Origin: Octopus vulgaris | Lineage: Eukaryota | Assembly: GCA_951406725.2 (NCBI GenBank) | Contig: OX597831.1 | Coordinates: 13,516,001-13,580,000, forward strand | Direction: 5' to 3' | DNA length: 64,000 bases | Shown: positions 38,925-52,446 of the stretch, one piece after another | Layout: each line of letters begins with the position of its first letter | How positions within the stretch are numbered: the stretch's first letter is position 1 | The notes under the pieces: model-generated | Told to the model about the DNA's origin: nothing | The model's input: only the letters and a program-made list of their open reading frames with translations | The model's database searches: none | Position numbers and translations under genes: made by a program

Positions 38925-39153
38925 AAACACACACACACACACACACATCCACACTCATGTACACACATACACATACTCACACATATGTATCCGTGTGTGT
39001 GTGTGTGTATATACATATATGTATTTCTTCATATATAAGTGTGTTTGCATGCATCTATCTATATATATGCATATAAACATATTTTCATATGTGCATATAT
39101 GTGTGTGTGTGTATGTATTTATGCATGCATGTATGTGCATGCACGTATAACTA

Positions 39154-39194
<41 letters not shown>

Positions 39195-39625
39195 GCAAAA
39201 AAAACACAAACATATCTACTGGCGTATGTGTATGTGCGTATGTGTATGTATGTATGTATGTATCTATGTATGTATGTATGTATGTATGTATGTATGCATG
39301 TGTGTATGTATGTATTTACGTATGTATGTAAGCGTAAACAAAAAATCTTTCTTTTGTTATAATATTCTGCGTGAGTAAATAGTCCTAGTCTAACTTCCCC
39401 TCCCCAATTCTAACTGCCTAATTCTGGCAAATACGCAGATTCGCAGGTTACGCATTCATAGAAATGTGTCTATACACAGGAAAATCTATACAGGACGCTT
39501 CCTCGTCACATAACGTGTTTATTGCAGCAAATTACACACACACACACACACACAGACATATATATATATATATATTTGTGTGTGTATATATATGTATATA
39601 TATAGATATTTTGTGTGTGTGTGTG

Positions 39626-39673
<48 letters not shown>

Positions 39674-39694
39674 GTATATATATATATATGTATA

Positions 39695-40258
39695 TCAGTA
39701 ATAATAAAGGGTGAAATTAATTAATTAGGATAATTATCAATTACACCAAGTAGATTTCGGTATGTAAAAGCCCCATTCGAGGAAAATTTAAGTAATACTA
39801 AGTAATTAAGGGTTTAGCAACGAATTGTCTCACCAACACCGAATTTAGAAATAGCAGTCAAAGAGATATAGCTATTCCTTCTACTAAAAGGGGGATCTCA
39901 GTAAAAACACAGCACTTAAAAGGCAAACACAGACAGGTAAGAAAGAAAGGATGAAATGATCCATCATGCAATTTTATTACCTACGGACGTACGTTTCGAG
40001 ATCAAGTTTTAGGATAGCATAAGAATTAGAAAATTCTACTTTACCCAGACTTCTTCTCTCATCGGCGCAGGATACTACAATTGTGAATAATTGTATATTA
40101 AATTTTGAGATACTAGAATGCGTCATCTCAACTCAGTGTCAGAGCGAGCCAAAGCATGACCAGTACCACGAAATTCAAAGCTTGAATGAAAGTTTGTGTC
40201 ACCAGCCCCCTTCCACCCGCGTGTAGCCAAGACAACCCTTAATTACTAGTATTACTTA
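39695..40258 (-). mobile_element. Penelope-like pLTR module with hammerhead-like motif and inverted terminal segment, inside (TA)n
   Basis: Hammerhead-like motif 39980-40071; inverted repeat 39789-39814 / 40234-40258; (TA)n on both sides. Confidence 0.65.
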
Positions 40259-40277
40259 TATATATGTATATATATAT

Positions 40278-40380
<103 letters not shown>

Positions 40381-40770
40381 TAATACATATCGACTTATAT
40401 GAATATTTTAAATAATATCTTTAAAAATAATATATATATATATATATATACATAGATAAAATACATATTGATAAAACCCATGTGTGATATACATGGAAAG
40501 AAGTGTGAGAAAAAAACTGATAAAAAACTTTTTGGTACTAAAATTAAGAGCGGTTGAGAGTTTAGATTAAAAGATGCATAGAATTCAATGTATGTTTTTT
40601 TTTTTAAATATACAAATGGTATATAAGGTTTATGATACAATTCGAGAGAGTCTACTTTCTACGGCCGTTTTCTAAGTTCATCTCCTTGTAGAAAAAATAA
40701 CAGAAATCTTACAAACCATGCTGACATTTTATCCTCATAAAATCACATTCGTGACAATTTTTGGTCGAAA

Positions 40771-40849
<79 letters not shown>

Positions 40850-41939
40850 CTTTTCTTTCTGTCTTCCTATCTATGAGGTGTAAAGGGGCATAGACTTGCG
40901 ATTCGGGTGCTGCCTCGCAATAGCAAGCTCGTGATTTCGATTCCCAGATCGGGTGATATGTTGTGTTGTTAAGGAACACACTTCCTTTCAAGTTGATCGA
41001 ATTCTCTGACCTCTAAATGAGTAACCCTACGGTTGACCGGAGTCTCGCCCAGAAGAAACATTGTGATCTCTGTTTCTTGCGCATCATGGGAAGCGGGTCA
41101 CCATTTCAATGGATCTAAGAACACCACTTGTTTTTACCTGCGAAACCTGGCAACGATCCAAGAACGCATCCCTTCTTTCTTACTCTGGGTGTTCTTTTAG
41201 CAATTTTGTTTCGATCTCGCTGGATTACAGCTTTCGAATTCTTAGAAAACGAATCGAATTTATCTGCCTTAGATATAGGCGCAGTTTATCAAATTGAAAA
41301 ATCGTTATGAATCATAAAACTTTCGATTTTAAGCTGGATAGACTTGCATTTTGGACTGGGATGTATTCAGTCAGCAAATCTAAGGTAAAAATTCATATTG
41401 ATTTCAAATAACTATATCATGTCGGTATAAATTGGAATTCTTCATTTAAAAAATAATTTACATAGAAAACAATAGTAATATTTATATTGCTGTATTGCCA
41501 AGTCTAGACCATTAATGAAGAGAAGAAAGGAAGTTTTATCTAATTGCCTATAAAAAGAGATTGTAGTGTCACGACTATTTTCTTTTGTTTAATACAATAG
41601 ATAAAACACAAATCGAGAAAATAACAGAATTGTGATAGATCTAACAACACAAAAAATTGGCTGCTCTGTAATTAAACAATTGGTGTTGTCATTGTTGCTG
41701 TTGTTGTTGTAAGTGGTGGAAATGGTGGAATAGAAGGTGGTTTAAAGGTTTGTCATAGTCGATTTAATTTATATCTGACCATGATGTTATTTTGTAACTG
41801 AACTAGAAATAATTCCTATAAATAAATCATTTTTTTTTCTTGGATGGTTTTATATAAATAGTAACAAGTCACTTTAGCTGAATAACCTTTAGAAATTTTA
41901 TTAGCCGCCATTAAACTGCGCAGTATTAACACAACCGTT

Positions 41940-42330
41940 ATGGCGAATAATAGAGAACGATTTAAGTTGTATCAACTGAAAAGGCGATTTCACAAAGCAA
42001 TTTCAGTTCTAGATAATGCTTGAAATAGCAACTAAATCTCATCAGACTCATACTATACAGCATTAAAAAAAAAATGGAGGATAAGTATATTGCATAAAAT
42101 TGTATTAAAAGAACAGACAACCTCGCGAAGCGGTTTCAATCTTCACTACATAAGTTGTAGAAGATGTTTGAAAGAGCAGCCAAATCCCATCAGAATCACG
42201 CAATACTGTGTGTAGAAAATTAAAAATAAAGAAAGGGTACATTGCAGAAAGTTGTATCAAAAGAACTAGCGATCACACGAAGCGGTTTCGAACTTAGCTA
42301 TATCGGTTGTAAATAATGCAGAAAAAAAAT
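41940..42330. repeat. Diverged tandem repeat, about 130-150 bp units, roughly three copies
   Basis: Recurring AA(G/A)TTGTAT(C/T)AA at about 41964, 42097 and 42249; GAAGCGGTTTC twice; CATCAGA(C/A)TCA twice. Confidence 0.6.
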
Positions 42331-42562
42331 CAATCATATCTCAATGGAACCATGAGAATATCTTTCTATATATATATATATAAACAATTGCAGCGTGGAA
42401 GGGGTTTATAAGCCATTTAAGTGACACAAAATCCGTTAGATTCACTTCAACATTTAATTTCAATTTGCCAAAGTATTTTCGTCGCTTTGAGACCGCGACC
42501 TGCTGACAAAATTCCGTGCTGCATCTCTCTCTCTCTCTCTCTTTCTCTCCCTCTTTCTCTCC

Positions 42563-42598
<36 letters not shown>

Positions 42599-44164
42599 GT
42601 ATATATATATACATACATATATATATAACCCGAAGGAATGACACATTCGATTCAATTATCGGAAAAAAACAAGCAACCTGACACAGTTTCAATCACACCT
42701 GCAAAACTAGAAATAACAGCCAAAAGTCATTAGAATCATGCTATACTGTCTTTAAAAAGACTAAAATAAGGTACACGGGCATAGATTTATTCTGGAAAGT
42801 TGTTTTGGAACGGTCTTCTCTCATAGATCTGCTCATTCAGGAAAGACCAACGGTTAAATCAAAACATAAACTTTAGTCGTATCCTTTCTCTCTCCCTGCA
42901 TCCCATATTTTCCTTTTACCCAGACGATTGATTTCATGGAACCTATTCCTAGTCACGCAACACAAGAAAGAACAGCAACATTTCCCTCAAATCATGCCTT
43001 GCTGAATTAGATATAGCAATGGTTAGATTAAATGGTGTGATTCTACAAAATCTACGTTAGTCACAATAGCCAGGATGGGAATTTTTTTCATTATAACTCC
43101 AACAGCATCCACCGAGGGCGAAATAGAAAAAGCAACAATAACGAAAACATCGTTGCTTTTCATATATGCCTGTAATGAGAGCACAACCAACACGCAGGGC
43201 TGAAAATGCATCAGATCACTTGGGTCGCTCATCAAGCAGTGCTTGTACAACCACAGGTCATCTTCCAGGATTCGGTAAAGACGATTCATCACACCCCTGG
43301 CCAGCTACGTGTGACGATTCAAAAATTAAAGGATCCAATATGACATCAAGTGGAGGATCTCGGTGCGGTTGGGACCCTACATTAAAGGGTGGGGTGAAGG
43401 CTGCAAGCTTTCTACAGTTGAGAAAGCAAGGAGACTCAAATGCTCTCTGAAACCTGAATCACTGCACGCTCACGCGGATATTTAGTCCTTGCATCCATTC
43501 CAAACACTACCTGCTGCATATAATTCCCCGTTCCCCGATTAGACTTGGAAGGGTCTTTACGATCTAAAAACAGCCCAAGCAACAACAAAAAAAAAGAAAA
43601 AATCCCTTGTTCCCCCTTTTTTTTAGCCGAGAGGAACTGGTCTAAGGCAGATAACCCGTCCTCGCTGACAGCGGACTATTTATTGTTTGGTGAATTACTG
43701 ACCAAATGATCGTAACGGATTCCTGCCTCCCAGAACTGAAGAGTTACATTTTTCTTCGGCTTTGAAGTTTAACGAAACGTTTATGCGTCCTAAGCCCTTT
43801 GTGGATGCAAAACCATTGGTCACTCTATGACCGGACATAGGCTTAGCTACATATAAGTACATTACTGCTCTATGTTTTAGAGTCTGCTTCTGTCGTTTGT
43901 ACATATGATACACTGACGATATATATGTGTATATATATATATATATTTATATATACATACAATTAGCAAAAGCCAGGTGGAAAAAGTTTTTAAATGTTGT
44001 AAATGAATATAATTATAGAAGTTGCAAGGAGAGAAATCGATAATATAAAAGTTCTCTTAACGAAAACAAAAACCAAAAAGAAAAAATAACAAAGAAATAA
44101 GGTCGACTAAATGGAACACTTAATAAATATTAGAACGTGCGCGGGCGTTGTGTGTTTGTATGTA

Positions 44165-44219
<55 letters not shown>

Positions 44220-44612
44220 AATTTCTGTAGGCTTAAATTCTGTAGACTGATAAATGGACTGATAGAGTAATCAATAAATAGCAAATTGATTTTATTCACC
44301 TGTATCTCATTTGTGCTTTCCTCGCTGATGATGGAGTGCGAACGAGTATAACAGGAGACAGGATATAAAGACATTCAGTAAGGTGGAAGGAGGGGGGTAG
44401 TAAGACAGAGAGATACGGGTGGGGTGGGGTGAAAGATGGGTATAATGCGAGGGAGGAGGTGTTGAAGAGAGAGGGAGAGGGAGAAACTGAGAGAGAGAGA
44501 GTGAGAGAGTGAGAGAGAGTGAACTAGTTCAACGCACTCTCAATAAATCGTCTTGACTTTAACGTTTGTTCAGATATAAGCCATAAGTTTTAACAAGATA
44601 CCCTTAAATATT

Positions 44613-44803
44613 CATTATTATTATTGTTGTTGTTGTTGTTGCTGCTGCTGCTGTTGCTGTAGTAGTTGTTATAAATATTAATTATTATTATTGTTATTAT
44701 TATCATTATTAATTATTATTATTATTATTGTTGTTGTTGTTTTTATTGTTGTTGTTGTTGCTGTTGTTGTAGTAGTTGTTGTTATAAATATTAATTATTA
44801 TTA

Positions 44804-44865
<62 letters not shown>

Positions 44866-44911
44866 GTTATTATTATTATTATTATTATTGTTATTATTAT
44901 TATTATTATTA

Positions 44912-44968
<57 letters not shown>
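44613..44968. repeat. (ATT)n/(GTT)n array with an internal duplication
   Basis: GTTGCTG...GTAGTAGTTGTT...ATAAATATTAATTATT occurs twice. Confidence 0.9.
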
Positions 44969-44969
<1 letters not shown>

Positions 44970-46416
44970 TGGCACAGTTACCCGGCGTAGCTCGGGATTA
45001 AAATGGCATTGTTTGTAAATATATTACAGATATGTTGAAGCAGGTTGTATGGTAAAGTACAGCATTGACGACAAAACATTTGTGGTGTAAATGATGGGCT
45101 AATTCGATTAACCGACATGTCATGCCTCCGTTTGGAGCATTCCGGGCCCTAACCTGTCAAGGGAAATTAACGGTGGTGGGTATGTGATTTTTGAATGTAC
45201 CGAAACGCTGTCAATGGATATACTCTCCTTTGCGGCTGTTGGCACTGCGTTTAACATGGCCCGTCGTCTGAAGTTTTGACTCCTCCTTTGGTATTGTTGT
45301 CTTCAATCACGAAGTAAATTTGGAGGAAGTGTAGTTGTTCATTTGTGGGTAACAAAGAACCAATGAGGTGATAGACTTGCCCTTGAATTTTGAACGTCGG
45401 CGTAAATCCATGTTCAGTTATCTCTTTAGGTGCACCAAACGATGTCTTTTGAAATGCAGAATTGTAGTGTCGGATATTGTTGAGAAAATCCCTTGACTGG
45501 ATGGAAGTGCCTTCCAGAAGATCTACAAGGGGTTGAAGAGAAGCTGGTAGTGCTGGTAATCCTACCTTAGTGCCTGAGCTGCGCATGCCATTAGTTTCAT
45601 TTGGAAATTTTAAAGCTTTGTATAAACAACAATTTGAGTTTAGCACACCAATTCGAACAAAATTATCATTTTTATAAGAATGGGATGGATCATATCTGAA
45701 AGCAGCTCCAGGAATTGTGAACAACGAATTTGTATGTAGTCTGTTGTTGAGAGCTATTCTATTGGACCTCTGTCTACTCATTAAATCTTTGTTTTAATGA
45801 TTCAGAATTAAGTGCTGCAGCATACTTTTCTGATCTTGTGAAAGGCTCATCTCTCTTCTCTCTTGAGACTCCATTTGATGTGCTGCAACAGGCGCTTGCT
45901 GAGCTTTAAAATGCCTCTTCTCCCTTCTCTATTCAGACTCTCGCCTTCAGTTTTGTATTAACGCCACTTCATTGTTTTTTGTCAAGAGTTTCACCTCCAG
46001 CCGTTCGTTATGACACTCAACACTCATACACTGACACATCATTCCGCTGACGTGGCCATAGAGACGGAAAATTGCCGATACTTAATGTTGTTCACATTAT
46101 GATATGAATTATTCATTTATTTCAAATAGAAATAAGATGATCTTACTTTTGTCACATTAGAATGAAAAGTGGGGAAAATAAATGTAAAACAATATTATAT
46201 CCCATTACAATATAGATCGCATTCATTAACTTTTGACACGTAACACCGGACAAGTGTTAATGTTATATTGTTTTAATCCAAATGAAAAAGCAAAAATCAA
46301 ATTACACTGATGGGGTCTGATACTATTACCTTGTAAAATCTGATTGGATTTGGTCGAGCCGTTTGAGAATGCACAGGGAACAGACAGACAGGCGAAGGAT
46401 TTTATATATAGAGAGA
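44969..46416 (-). mobile_element. Internally deleted Helitron with RepHel N-terminal coding remnant (45251-45781)
   Basis: 5' TCTCTCTATATATAAAA, 3' hairpin CCCGAGCTACGCCGGG then CCAG; ORF with FLNNIRHYNSAFQKTSFG and FKIQGQVYHLIGSLLP...FLQIYF, typical of Helitron proteins; zinc-finger cysteines partly lost. Confidence 0.9.
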
Positions 46417-46423
46417 TTATTAT

Positions 46424-46635
46424 GGTGGCGAACTGGCAGAATGGTTAGCACGCCAAGCGAAATGCTTAGTGGCATTTCGTCTGTCTTCACGTTCTGAGTT
46501 CAAGTTCCAACGAGCTCGGCTTTGCCTTTCAATCTACGTGGTCGATAAAATAAGTACCAGTTGAACAAGTAGGGTCGATAAATTTGACTTATCCCCCTTC
46601 CCGGACTTGCCGATCATTTGTCAAAATTTGAAACC
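46424..46635 (+). mobile_element. SINE family B
   Basis: GGTGGCGAACTGGCAGAATGGTTAGCACG head. Confidence 0.8.
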
Positions 46636-46832
46636 GCCATTTTATTCTGGTTGTCTACATTCTGAATTCAAATTCGACTGCAGTCGACATACAACAGGAA
46701 TACAAAATGGAAGATCATTAGTATGGAGAGACACAGAAAAGAAACAAGAAAGCAAAGGACCACTGATGAGGTCACAGAAGTGTGATGAAAGAACTCTGGC
46801 CGAAATACAATTAAAATAAAATAAAGCTGAAG

Positions 46833-47502
46833 CTCTAGTTTCAGCTCACTAGCTGTAGCCATGCTGGACCACCGCCATTTGGTTTTGCTACATGATTTTA
46901 CTTCACGAATGCTTTTTAGCAATTGCCATTTGGTGCATGAGAGAGTTCGATGCAGCTGCCCTCATCTGCACCTCCTGCCGTGAAGTTGGTTCATCTGGGA
47001 TACCTGACAAGAAGAGATCCATTTTCATTTTAAAGACATCTGCATCCACTCCATGCAGGTCTCTTAGGTTCTTCGGGAGGATATTGAAGAGCTGTGGGCC
47101 TCGGAAGCCCAGGCTATCACAGTATCTTGTCCTACATCTTGATGGCAAATTTAGAGTCCTTGGCACTATGCAGTGGCGCCCAGTTCTAGCATTTGTGTTA
47201 CTCTCGATGCCAAAGTTTGGGACAAGTCCTTCCAGGATCTTCCAGATGTATATTATGGTATATCTTTCTCGCCTACGCTCTAAGGAATAGAGTCTCGATC
47301 TCTTGAGTCTTTCCCAATAGCTTATATGCTGCACAGAGGCTATCTTCGTGTAGCTTCGTTGGATCGCCTCAAGTTCTGTGATTAACTTGACACTGGATGG
47401 TGACCATAGCTGAGAGCAATAGTCAAAGTGGCTTAGGACAAGTGTCCTCCAGAGGACCATCATGGTTTCCTGGTCTTTTGTTCTGAAGGTTCTAAGAATC
47501 AC
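46833..47502 (-). mobile_element. CR1-group LINE 3' end (ORF2 C-terminus and 3' UTR)
   Basis: LVLSHFDYCSQLWSP...LEAIQR...YWERLK...LYSLERRRER is a CR1/L2-type post-RT region; 5'-truncated. Confidence 0.88.
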
Positions 47503-48165
47503 TTTATCTCCTTTATCTCAATTTTTGTGCTAATATATTACATGTGTTCATCGAACATGAGTTTTAGTTGGAAACATTTGTCACAACCCGATTGACTCTT
47601 ATTAAATTGTGTACAACAACATTAGGAGTGGTTTATCAGCGGTTGACGGCATTCTGACCATTCTTTACATTATATATTTGCTGTTGCTGTTTGTGCCAAC
47701 GAATCTTCTTTACAAGAATTCCTCTCCAGCGTCATCGACGCCATCACCATGAGGAAGAAACTAAATTTTCAGATACGAAAGAAAGCTGACGATCTTTGCC
47801 GTAAAAATAGAACTTTAGTTTTGAAAGATTTCTTCAGGCTCCAGTAATAATTGGCAGTGTCGTCGTCTTTTTAACATCCCTTTTCCAGGATTTGAGAATT
47901 TCATAAAAGTCCATTATTAAGCTGTATTTTTATTTTACATTTTTCCGTTCATTTTTACTCCGGTGTCAAACGGACATGCCAAACCAATTATACATTACAT
48001 AATCTCTTCTTCTTGTCGACGACTTCGATATCCGGTCTGTTGTGTTGTATTCATCTTTCAGCTTGTATAGGAAACGTCTTTGCACTCGTAATCCCACAAA
48101 TGTATTAATTTTTTCTTCTGTGCCTGCAAAATCACATTTACTGCAAAAATTGATGTGAATGGTTG

Positions 48166-48198
<33 letters not shown>

Positions 48199-48251
48199 CA
48201 TCATCCTCATCCTCATCATCATCATCATCATCATCATCATTATTATTATTA

Positions 48252-48443
48252 TTGAGTGAGAGAGCCTTGCATGCCATCAAAGTGACACTGGGGCACAAAT
48301 ATACGAAACCCAGTACTACTTGTTTGATAAGGGTACATTACAACCATATGTGCGCGACATGCTGATCTCATATCAAGATAACCTGAGCCTGACCTTGCAG
48401 GTGGGGTCTACTTAGAATTTTATTCAGGTCGAATAGCCCATCG
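48252..48443 (-). mobile_element. Interspersed repeat fragment with (AAT)n/(GAT)n tail
   Basis: Non-coding segment between the trinucleotide tract and the R4 coding relic; family not determined. Confidence 0.35.
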
Positions 48444-48444
48444 A

Positions 48445-49400
48445 TACGTTGGGTCTCACCCATTTTCCCTCACATTGACTTGATAGTTCCGAGTCAATAA
48501 GCTCTGATCTTGGGCAGCCAAGATAAAGTCTTAACTCTCTGCCCTTAGCCCTGAGCTCCGTAGCCTGTGCTTCTGGTCTACATCAACTTTTTTTGCTACG
48601 GGCCATATATTTGCCATGCAGAGGTTTTTGTTCCCGCTTATCAGCCAATTGTTCAAGCGCATTTTGCTGTGCTATTGATTTAACATGGATATTATGCACA
48701 AACTCACTTGAAAATGTTTTGCTCTCCTTCATAACAGAATGAAGATTCTTACGTCTTTCATGGTTTTCAAGGAGCTTTATCATCCAGTCGTTAGATGTTT
48801 CAAGATATTTTGCCAATCCAATTGTGATGACTGTAGATTTCAAATTGGTTCAGGCCTCGACCTCCTTGAGCTCTGGGTAGGTAAAGACGATCTGTGCTTG
48901 CCTTTGGGTGGTGCGCCTTCTTGCAAATCAGCAGCTTACAGATTTTCCTGTTAGTATTCCTTATTTCACTCACATTCCAGTTCAACACATTGAAACTGTA
49001 AATAACACCAGGAACTGCTAAGGAATTTATAGGTAACACCTTGTTACGTGCATTTAACTCGGATTTTTAGGACTGATAGAACTCTCCTGTAACAAACCTT
49101 CCTGATCTTCTCTTTCATACTTGCATGCTGAATGCCAAAGACCTCATTTATTCCGAGGTATTTGTAAGTTTGTTCCTGTTCGAGGTTTTTTGTGATTGTG
49201 TCAACAGCCAACACCACTGAATATGAGGTTTTCGGTTTCCCTTTTTGGAAAATGAGCTAAGCACATCTATCAAGACCAAATACCATCCCAATGTCATCAC
49301 TGAATGTTTTCACGGTACGTAGTAATCCTTCAAGTTCATTACCATCTTTGCTGTAGAGCTTTAAGTCATCCATATAAAGTAGATGACTCATTTTCTTGTT
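48445..49400 (-). pseudogene. Dong/R4-clade non-LTR retrotransposon RT fragment
   Basis: HLLYMDDLKLYS...TFSDDIGMVFGLDRCA, YKYLG, HHPKASTDRLYLPRAQGGRGL, KPLHGKY and AAQDQSL motifs, with frameshifts. Confidence 0.9.
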
Positions 49401-50329
49401 CAGTTGAGTTCACCTGTAAGGGGTATTATTAAAGTAACTATCTGTAAAGAGATAAATTTTATTCAAGTAGAATGTCGCTTAACTTTGTGGAGGAAGTTAA
49501 CGTACTTTGTGTATTTTGTATCTAGTTTGTGTCTTATCTTGAAGCACTTTGGTTATTCAACGTTTCAAACACACCTATTCTGGCCAAATGTGCAGAGAGA
49601 AAGTTGTGAGTAAATGTGTGACTACGTCCTGCTTAGTTTCAGATTTTGAATCGTTATAAAATATTATTCTTTTGCTTCTTCCATAGTTGATACTTTTCAC
49701 CTTTTAAAGTACCTTTTATGCAAATACAAACGTCCTTGAATTTCGTTCTGGTTCAGAAACATTCGTTGGTTTCGAAATGTTTAATTAACAGGTTATTTTT
49801 ATATACCTTGTAGTATGAGTGTATGTGCATCTAGGTGAATGTATGTATATATTTTCATATGTGCATATGTATACATGAATATATAATTCTATAATTCTGT
49901 ATGTGTGTGTGTGCACGTGCGTGTGTGTTAATAAACATATCTGTATATTTATGCGTCTGCTGAACCATATGCAAAATTAATACCCAAATACAGTCACATT
50001 GTTTTTAAAGACATTAATTTAAGTTGTAAGTTAAAAGCATCATTTTGGAACATTACGTAAAATCAATGCCATTTCATGACTTTAATTGAACCGAGATTCA
50101 GACTTTTATAAATATATTACTATGAGAACCAGAAATAAAATGAAAACTGTGCGCTTGAAACAGCCGTTTGTGCAGGTGTTTTTCACCAAGTTTTTTTAAA
50201 CAGAACGTAAGAATGTGCGTTTTCTTCAAACTTTCATATCACGTATCAAAACAATATACAGACAGTGTATATTTTAAAAGAAAACCAGACACCATTTATA
50301 TACATATATATACATACATACATATGCGT

Positions 50330-50520
50330 CTGTGTTTGTCCTCCGACATCGATTGAGGACCGATGCTGGTGTGTTTACGTCCCCGTCACCTAGCGGTTCG
50401 GCAAAAGAGACGGATAAAATAAGTACTAGGCTTACAAAGAATAAGTCATGGGGTCGATTTCTTCGGTTAAAGGCGGTGCTCCAGCATGGCCGCAGTCAAA
50501 TGACTGAAACAAGTGAAAGA
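50330..50520 (+). mobile_element. SINE family A 3' half
   Basis: CCGATGCTGGTGTGTTTACGTCCCCG ... GACTGAAACAAG. Confidence 0.88.
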
Positions 50521-51277
50521 GCATATATATATATTTATATGCATGTATGCGTGTGCGTATTATATATATATATATATATATATAATACACACACGCATAC
50601 ACACACGCACGCACGCACACATACACGCATACACTCACATATAAAACATTAGCACCGATGGAAGAAATCACACCTTTAATAGATGATCACACCATGCCTT
50701 AGCGACGATCGTGCCACCTATTTAAGAATTAGCACAAAGATGGAAAATAACAGTCAAAGCAATATATATTTATGCTAACACAACGTTATCGAGTTAACTC
50801 AAAACGGATTAAATTCAAAGTGAACTGAGATAATATCTCTAAATTCTGCATGAATGCATATAAAAGGAAATATAATATTCTAAGAAAATCCCGTTTAGTA
50901 TTTAAACTTACGATGACGTCAGTAGATAACGGAAGAATTAAAGAAATAAGCATAGGAATCCTACGTCACGACATTTAGTTATCTAGCTATTAATATTTAT
51001 CTGCATGAACAAGTATTCCCGGTTTACTCCTAAATTCCTTTGTTAACTGCTGCAATTTTCTTAGATGAAGGAAATCGGTAGATTTTAACGGTCAAATGTG
51101 GGTTATACACTGAAAGAAAATTTATAACTGGATAAAAACGTACGAGTTGTCTTTTAACCGAAGGAGATTTTTCAGCGTCATGTTCATAATTTATAGGTCA
51201 TTTTCCCTTGCAAATATCTATATCAATGAGTGACATTCGATCTGAAATATAAGTTAATAAATACAATCTTATCACTG

Positions 51278-51338
<61 letters not shown>

Positions 51339-51384
51339 CCTACCTACCTCTACCTACCTATCTATCTACCTACCTACCTATCTA

Positions 51385-51444
<60 letters not shown>

Positions 51445-51774
51445 ATCCCCGTATATTTGTCTCTACGTCTGCATGATTCACTGTAAGTAAAATTCCAACA
51501 GATCTCCTTCCAGTCTTTGGTCTATATAAAATTACATGGGATCTCTCTTACTCTACCTTAAAATCAATGCAGCTGTCAAACTAATTTTCTTAACCACATG
51601 GCCATAACTGCCCCTCCCATCAACTGCAAAAATTTTATTCTGCATGCAATGCGACAATGGTAAGTATGATCAAAGATATATTATCTGGACGATTTTATTG
51701 GTTATTCAAAAATATTTTGGTTCAAACTCAAAGGGGTTGAGTAGAAGCAAGGGCGAGAAAACAAACTAAATACT

Positions 51775-52172
51775 TTTTTTCTACTCTAGGCACAAGGACC
51801 GACAGTTGGGGGAGGGGGCCCGTCGATTATATCAACCCTAGTACGCAACTGGTACTTAATTTATCGACCCCAGAGAGATGAAAGGCAAATTCGTACTTGG
51901 CGGAATTGGAACCCAGAACGTAAACACAGACGAAATACCTATTTCTTTACTACCCACAAGGGGCTAAACACAGAGGGGACAAACAAGGACAGACAGACGG
52001 ATTAAGTCGATTATATCGACCCCAATGCATAACTGGTACTTATTTAATCGACCCCGAAAGGGTGAAAGGCAAAGTCGACCTCGGCGGAATTTGAACTCAA
52101 AACGTAGCGGCAGACGCAATACCACTAAGCACTTCGCCCGGCGTGCTAACGTTTCTGCCAGCTCGCTGCCTT
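51775..52172 (-). mobile_element. SINE family B dimer
   Basis: Two B-box + central-domain units with different tails. Confidence 0.88.
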
Positions 52173-52214
52173 AAACAAACTACTGTTGAATAAATGATAC
52201 TAAAAACACACCAG

Positions 52215-52251
<37 letters not shown>

Positions 52252-52446
52252 TGTGTGTGTGTGTGTGTGTGTGTGTGAGTGTGTGTGTGTAGTAGTAGTA
52301 GTAGATTGAACTTTTAAGCGAATATTCCAGAAGGAAATACATAGAAATGAATTTAGTGAACCTCACCAAAAATTGTTCTACAATATCTGCAGGATAGATT
52401 TAATAGTTTCAGCTTCACTTGTTTCAAATTGAATTTCGTGTTTGTT

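Noticed and set aside
47966-48160. Minus-strand ORF after a TTTGCAG acceptor
   Set aside because: No recognisable domain and no good donor.
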